Shown here: in pieces, positions 7,120 to 12,026 of the stretch
Layout: each line of letters starts with the position of its first letter
Position numbering within the stretch: the first letter of the stretch is position 1
Assembly (NCBI GenBank): GCA_024278985.1
Contig: JAJRSC010000009.1
Coordinates: 1-12,026, forward strand
DNA: 12,026 nt
Source: an archaeon
Lineage (GTDB): Archaea > AGJL01 > Methanococci > Methanococcales > Methanocaldococcaceae
Direction of reading: 5' to 3'
Program-made: the position numbers and the translations under genes
The notes under the pieces: generated by a model
The model's input: the letters and a program-made list of their open reading frames with translations, nothing else
Told to the model about the DNA's origin: nothing
Databases searched by the model: none

Positions 7120-8424
7120 ATTCCCTAAATATATAAATCTTAATGCAAAAATTGCTGCTAATATATAAACAATCCAATGAATCTCTTTATATTTTCCTGT
7201 AAAGACCTTTAATATAACATAAGTTATAAAACCTAATGCTAAACCATTAGCAATACTAAATGTTAATGGAATTGTTAATAATGTTATAAATGCTGGAATT
7301 CCTTCAGTAAAGTCATCAAAATCTATATATTTTATGGACTTCATCATTAACGCCCCAACTATAACCAAAGCAGAAGCAGTTGCATAGCTTGGAATTGCTT
7401 TAACAATTGGATAGAATAGAGTAGATAATAAAAATAATACTGCCACAACAACAGCAACAAAACCTGTTCTACCTCCCACTGCAATCCCAGAAGCAGATTC
7501 TATATATGTGGTAACTGTTGAAGTTCCTAATAATGAACCTACAACTGTCCCAGTAGAATCTGCCATTAATGCTTTTTCAATTCTTGGAAGTTTTCCATCT
7601 TTATCTAAGTATCCTGCTTGAGAAGCTAATGCTGATAAAGTTCCTAATGTGTCAAATAAATCAACAAAGAAAAAGGCTAATACAATAGTTAATAATCCCA
7701 AGTTTAAAGCACCAATAATATCCAACTTTAAAAATGTTGGAGCTATTGATGGAGGAGGAGATATAATTCCCTCAGGAAATGGGGATATTCCTAATAACAT
7801 TCCTATTAGAGAAGTTATAAGAATTCCTATTAATATTCCACCAATAACATTTCTACTTACTAATATTGAAGTCAAAAAAATTCCAAATAATGCTAAGGCT
7901 GTTGTGGGATTTAAAAGGTTTCCTAAGGTTACATAAGTAGCTTTACTTGCAACTATTATTCCTGCAGTTTTTAATCCAATAAATGCAATAAATAACCCAA
8001 TACCAACAGCAGTTCCATATTTAATAGCATTAGGAATAGCATTAAAAATCCATGTTCTAATTTTAGTTAATGTTAAAATTACAAACAATACTCCAGAAAT
8101 AAAAACTGCTCCTAAGGCAACTCTCCAATCAATTCCCATCCCTAAACAAACACCATAAGTAAAATATGCATTTAATCCCATCCCAGGAGCTAAGGCAAAT
8201 GGATATCTTGCATATAAACCCATAATTAACGTTGCTATGGCTGATGAAACACAAGTTGCAACCATCACCGCTCCAAAGTCCATTCCTGTTTGTGAGAGTA
8301 TAGCAGGATTTACAAAAATAATATATGCCATTGTCATAAAAGTAGTTAAACCTGCCAATGTTTCAATTTTTAGGTTTGTGTTATATTTTTTAAACTCAAA
8401 ATATTCCTCAATAAGTTTTATCAT
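7114..8424 (-). CDS. NCS2 family (AzgA/PbuG-like) purine nucleobase permease
   Basis: AGLTTFMTMAYIIFVNP, ALAPGMGLNAYF, DLFDTLGTL, TTYIESASGIAVGGRTG, PLTFSIANG; many TM helices; RBS GGTGA (minus strand, 8431-8435). Confidence 0.93.
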   Translation of the reverse strand: MIKLIEEYFEFKKYNTNLKIETLAGLTTFMTMAYIIFVNPAILSQTGMDFGAVMVATCVSSAIATLIMGLYARYPFALAPGMGLNAYFTYGVCLGMGIDWRVALGAVFISGVLFVILTLTKIRTWIFNAIPNAIKYGTAVGIGLFIAFIGLKTAGIIVASKATYVTLGNLLNPTTALALFGIFLTSILVSRNVIGGILIGILITSLIGMLLGISPFPEGIISPPPSIAPTFLKLDIIGALNLGLLTIVLAFFFVDLFDTLGTLSALASQAGYLDKDGKLPRIEKALMADSTGTVVGSLLGTSTVTTYIESASGIAVGGRTGFVAVVVAVLFLLSTLFYPIVKAIPSYATASALVIVGALMMKSIKYIDFDDFTEGIPAFITLLTIPLTFSIANGLALGFITYVILKVFTGKYKEIHWIVYILAAIFALRFIYLGNL

Positions 8425-8464
8425 AAGTTTTCACCTATAATATTAATATGTTAATTATGTTATA

Positions 8465-8478
8465 AATTTATATAAATT
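8465..8478. promoter_or_regulatory. Palindromic, probably bidirectional TATA box between the permease and ogt
   Basis: AATTTATATAAATT is a perfect palindrome giving TTTATATA on both strands in a 77-bp divergent spacer. Confidence 0.55.
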
Positions 8479-8501
8479 AGTTAAAAAAATTTATAATTAT
8501 T

Positions 8502-8966
8502 ATGGTAGTTGTAAAGATAAAAAATTATTTTATTGGTATTAAGGTAGAGAATGGTTATTTAATAGAAAATACTATTCCACTTCCAAAAGATTCTCAATAT
8601 TTAAAAAGATTTGGAAAAATAGATAATAAATTTCAAAATTTTGGAATGATAATTTACAAGCTGTATATAGGAGAAATTGATAATTTTGAGGCATTAAATG
8701 AAATAAATTATAAGTTAAATGTAACTAACCTTACAAGAAAGATTTTAGATGAAATTTTAAATATAAAGAGAGGAGATACTATAACATATGGAGAACTTGG
8801 TAAAAAAGTTAATACATCTCCAAGAGTTGTTGGTTTTTTATTAAATAAAAATCCTTTACCACTCTTATATCCCTGTCATAGAGTTGTAGGAAAAAAAGAT
8901 ATTGGTGGATATAAGTTTGGTAGGAATAACAAATTACAATTATTAATAAAAGAGGGAGCTTTATGA
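8502..8966 (+). CDS. ogt: Methylated-DNA--protein-cysteine methyltransferase
   Basis: TITYGELG, SPRVVG HTH, NPLPLLYPCHRVV active site, IGGY. Confidence 0.92.
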   Translation: MVVVKIKNYFIGIKVENGYLIENTIPLPKDSQYLKRFGKIDNKFQNFGMIIYKLYIGEIDNFEALNEINYKLNVTNLTRKILDEILNIKRGDTITYGELGKKVNTSPRVVGFLLNKNPLPLLYPCHRVVGKKDIGGYKFGRNNKLQLLIKEGAL

Positions 8967-9160
8967 GAGATATTTATATATTGATAGGGTTTATTATTTT
9001 AATAATTTTAGGATGTTATTTATCAATACAATTTTTATATATTGATAAATTCACTAAAAGTTTAATATTAATTGTTTCAACAATTTTTACAACACTTTTA
9101 TTAATTTATTTAATGGTTAGAATTAATAAACATATAAAAAGATATCTTGGGCTAAAATGA
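8963..9160 (+). CDS. Small hypothetical membrane protein (2 predicted TM helices, basic C-terminal tail)
   Basis: 65 aa, ATGA overlaps with ogt and with the next gene, GAGGGAG RBS upstream, two hydrophobic stretches. Confidence 0.7.
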   Translation: MRDIYILIGFIILIILGCYLSIQFLYIDKFTKSLILIVSTIFTTLLLIYLMVRINKHIKRYLGLK

Positions 9161-9624
9161 TTATAAGAAAATTTAAATCAGAGGATTTAAAAGATGTTGA
9201 AGAAATTGAAAGAGAGGCATTTAAAAATCCATATCCAACAAGTTTTATTTTAGGTCTTTGGATATTAAATCCAAACTGTTTTTATGTTGCTGAAATAAAT
9301 AATAAAGTTGTTGGCTATATTTTAGGAACTTTTGACTGGGGAAATGGGCATATTGTTTCTTTAGCAGTTAAAAAAGAATTTAGAAATCTGGGTATTGGAA
9401 AAAGATTATTAAAAACATTAGAAAACTACTTCTTTAGTGTTGGGTGTGATTATATAGTTCTTGAAGTAAAAGTTTCCAATAGGATAGCAAGGTTATTTTA
9501 TTATAAAATGGGTTATAGAGATAGGAGATTAATACCAAACTATTATGAAGATGGAGAAGATGCTATATTAATGATTAAAAAAAGACCTATTGCAAAAAAA
9601 CCATTAATAGTTAGTTTATGGTGA
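9157..9624 (+). CDS. rimI: GNAT N-terminal acetyltransferase, RimI/Ard1 family
   Basis: IEREAFKNPY, GHIVSLAV..EFRNLGIGKRLL (acetyl-CoA motif A), LEVKVSN..A..FY.KMGY, NYYEDGEDA..M. Confidence 0.9.
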   Translation: MIIRKFKSEDLKDVEEIEREAFKNPYPTSFILGLWILNPNCFYVAEINNKVVGYILGTFDWGNGHIVSLAVKKEFRNLGIGKRLLKTLENYFFSVGCDYIVLEVKVSNRIARLFYYKMGYRDRRLIPNYYEDGEDAILMIKKRPIAKKPLIVSLW

Positions 9625-9628
9625 GAAA

Positions 9629-10792
9629 ATTTTAGAAGATTATGATGTTGTTATTATAGGTGGTGGGATAGCAGGATGTATAACTGGGAAGTACATTAAA
9701 GGGAAAACATTAATTGTTGAAGAACATCAATCAATTGGTTGTCCTTTACAATGTGCAGGAATTATAAGTAAAGAGGCAAGTAAAGAACTTGGAAATCCAA
9801 AAGGTTTAGTTAATAGTGTTAAAGGGGCCTATATATATTCTCCATCAAATAACTACTTTATTATTGAAAGTAAAAAATATATTGCAGATATTTATGAAAG
9901 GAAAGTTATGGATAAAGATATAGCAATAAAAGCAGGTAAAAAATGTGATTTTATTTTAAAAAGTTATGCTAAAATTGAAAAAGAAAAGGATAAATTTATT
10001 GTTAATATACTTAAATATAACAATGAAAAATATACATTAAAACCTGATGTAGTTGTTGGTGCTGATGGGGTAAAATCTCTTTCAGCAAAAATTTCAAATA
10101 TAAAAGGAAGTAGAGAAATATTATCATCCTGTCAGTTAGAATTTGTAAATGTTGATATAGATGATGATTTTGTTCATATCTTTTTTAATAAAAACTATTC
10201 TGAGCATTTTTTTACATGGATAATTCCCTTAGGTAAAGATAGGGTTAGAGTAGGATTATTGGATAAAGGAGATAGTTATAGAAAGTTAATGAATTTTATA
10301 AATAACAACAAAGTAGCCAAGGAACTTTTATCTAATGCTACTCCTGTAGAATTCTCTTCTGGAGCTTTACCTATAGGGTATATGGATAGTGTAAAAAATA
10401 ACTTAATTTTAGTAGGAGATGCAGCTTGCCATGTTAAGCCAATAACTGGAGGAGGAATATATTTTTCAGCCTTAGCTGGAAAAATTGCTGGAAAAATAAT
10501 TACTGAATATCTCAATGATAATAAAAATTTAGTTGAGTATGACAAGCTTTGGAAGGACAAATTTGGGAAAGAAATAAAAGAAGGTCTTAAATTTAGAAAA
10601 ATATTTTTAGGACTATCAAATAAGGACTTTGAAACAATTTTTAGAGTAATTAAAGATAGTGAAATTATTGAATATATTAATGAATATGGAAATATGGACT
10701 GGCAGGTTGAGATATTAAAAAATATTTCCATAAAATTATTTAAAAAAGATAAGTTTCTATTTTTAAAAATATTGAAGGATATTATTTTCTAA
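9629..10792 (+). CDS. Geranylgeranyl reductase-family FAD-dependent oxidoreductase; the start appears to be non-canonical ATT 9629
   Basis: The frame of ORF 9908-10792 is open upstream to TAG 9608-9610 and encodes ILEDYDVVIIGGGIAGCITG...LIVEEHQSIGCPLQCAGII (Rossmann GxGxxG plus the GGR PxxC motif). Further motifs: VGADG, FTWIIP, LVGDAACHVKPITGGGI. RBS GGTGA at 9620-9624. Confidence 0.8.
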   Translation: MLEDYDVVIIGGGIAGCITGKYIKGKTLIVEEHQSIGCPLQCAGIISKEASKELGNPKGLVNSVKGAYIYSPSNNYFIIESKKYIADIYERKVMDKDIAIKAGKKCDFILKSYAKIEKEKDKFIVNILKYNNEKYTLKPDVVVGADGVKSLSAKISNIKGSREILSSCQLEFVNVDIDDDFVHIFFNKNYSEHFFTWIIPLGKDRVRVGLLDKGDSYRKLMNFINNNKVAKELLSNATPVEFSSGALPIGYMDSVKNNLILVGDAACHVKPITGGGIYFSALAGKIAGKIITEYLNDNKNLVEYDKLWKDKFGKEIKEGLKFRKIFLGLSNKDFETIFRVIKDSEIIEYINEYGNMDWQVEILKNISIKLFKKDKFLFLKILKDIIF

Positions 10793-10814
10793 AAAATAAT
10801 ATAGAGAGATAACA

Positions 10815-11528
10815 ATGATAATAATCCCAGCAATTGATTTAAAAGATGGGAAAGTTGTTCAACTAAAACAGGGAAATCCAAATAACAAGATTTTAGAACT
10901 TAATAATCCTATTGAAGTAGCAAAGAGATTTATTGATGAGGGGGCAGAATATCTACATATTGTTGATTTAAATGGAGCTTTTGGAGAAGGAGATAACTTA
11001 AAGATTATTGAAAATATTGTAAAAAGTGTAGATGTCCCTGTAGAAGTTGGAGGAGGTATAAGAAGTATTAATAAAGCTAAAAAATTGATTGATTTAGGAG
11101 TAGATAGGATTATAATAGGGACAAGAGGGATAACAGACAGAGAATTTTTAAAGTCCTTAAGTTATGAGATAGGAAAGGATAAAATTGTTTTGGCAGTAGA
11201 AAGTAAAAATAACAAAATTGTTATAAAGGGTTGGAGAGAAGAAATAAATAAAACTCCTATTGAAGTTATTAAAGAAGTTAAGGATTTGGTTGGATATATA
11301 TTATTTACAAATGTTGATGTTGAGGGATTAATGAAAGGGGTTAATATAGATATTGTCAAGGAGATAGTAGAGAAATCTCCACTTCCTATTATATACTCTG
11401 GAGGAGTTAGTTCTTTAAATGATATTAAAAATTTAAATAGTATTGGAGTATATGGTGTAATTATAGGTTCAGCATTGTATAAAGGTTTAATAAATTTAAA
11501 AGATGCTTTAGAGGTGATTAGAGTATGA
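10815..11528 (+). CDS. hisA: ProFAR isomerase HisA
   Basis: [63 protein letters not shown]. Confidence 0.95.
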   Translation: MIIIPAIDLKDGKVVQLKQGNPNNKILELNNPIEVAKRFIDEGAEYLHIVDLNGAFGEGDNLKIIENIVKSVDVPVEVGGGIRSINKAKKLIDLGVDRIIIGTRGITDREFLKSLSYEIGKDKIVLAVESKNNKIVIKGWREEINKTPIEVIKEVKDLVGYILFTNVDVEGLMKGVNIDIVKEIVEKSPLPIIYSGGVSSLNDIKNLNSIGVYGVIIGSALYKGLINLKDALEVIRV

Positions 11529-12026
11529 AATTCTTTTTAGATACTGCAAATGTAGAAGAAATAAAAAAATATGCTGATTTAGGATTAGTTGATGGAGTTA
11601 CAACAAACCCAACATTAGTAGCAAAAGAAGGAAAAGATTTTCATGAAGTTATAAAAGAAATATGTGAAATTATTGATGGACCAGTTAGTGCTGAGGTTGT
11701 TTCTTTAGATGCAAATGGTATGATAAAAGAAGCAAGAGAATTGGCTAAAATAGCTGACAATGTAGTTATAAAAATACCAATGACAAAGGAAGGTATGAAA
11801 GCTGTTAAAATTTTATCTTCTGAAGGAATAGATACAAATGTTACCTTAATCTTCTCCCCTCTACAGGCATTATTAGCAGCTAAAGCAGGAGCCACTTATG
11901 TATCTCCATTTGTTGGTAGATTGGATGATATTGGGCATGTTGGTATGGAATTAGTTGCTGATGTTGTTGAGATATATAGAAATTATGATATTGAAACAGA
12001 GGTTATTGTTGCATCAGTAAGACATC
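11525..12026 (+). CDS. tal: Transaldolase (TalC/Fsa-type); 3' end lies outside the window
   Basis: Not in the ORF track. ATG 11525 overlaps the hisA stop, RBS GAGGTGA. Translation: [36 protein letters not shown]...GPVSAEV...NVVIKIPMT...NVTLIFS...[14 protein letters not shown]...ASVRH. Confidence 0.93.
   Translation, partial: MKFFLDTANVEEIKKYADLGLVDGVTTNPTLVAKEGKDFHEVIKEICEIIDGPVSAEVVSLDANGMIKEARELAKIADNVVIKIPMTKEGMKAVKILSSEGIDTNVTLIFSPLQALLAAKAGATYVSPFVGRLDDIGHVGMELVADVVEIYRNYDIETEVIVASVRH

Noticed and set aside
7649-8440. Plus-strand ORFs 7649-7936 and 8237-8440
   Set aside because: Antisense shadows of the NCS2 permease.
8425-8501. Purine riboswitch or NrpR site upstream of the nucleobase permease
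   Set aside because: The spacer is only 77 bp, almost entirely A/T, with no GGAA-N6-TTCC and no room for a structured aptamer.
10276-11895. Minus-strand ORFs 10276-10731, 11162-11359 and 11641-11895
   Set aside because: Antisense to the reductase, hisA and transaldolase, with no independent evidence.

Overview
Very AT-rich, gene-dense archaeal chromosomal window. Gene content (methanogenesis marker protein 6, Taw3, an MJ1267-like LivG, GGTGA/GGAGG ribosome-binding sites, BRE/TATA promoters, very GC-rich tRNA stems) points to a hyperthermophilic Methanococcales member, probably Methanocaldococcus-like. Left to right: LivJ/LivK-type lipoprotein (-, runs off the left edge, missing from the ORF track); tandem tRNA-Gly(GCC) and tRNA-Gly(TCC); livG ATPase; type IA topoisomerase split by one in-frame TAA; Mmp6; Taw3; fumarate hydratase alpha subunit; HD hydrolase; NCS2/AzgA purine permease (-); ogt; small membrane protein; RimI/Ard1 acetyltransferase; geranylgeranyl reductase-family flavoprotein with no canonical start codon; hisA; transaldolase (runs off the right edge). 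This is mostly housekeeping DNA, with no CRISPR array, IS element, integrase or defence system, and I cannot support a wholly new system. The best leads are NrpR-type GGAA-N6-TTCC operators in front of both divergent Liv genes, the nonsense codon in an otherwise intact topA, an apparent ATT start for the reductase, and a livG without its usual partner genes.
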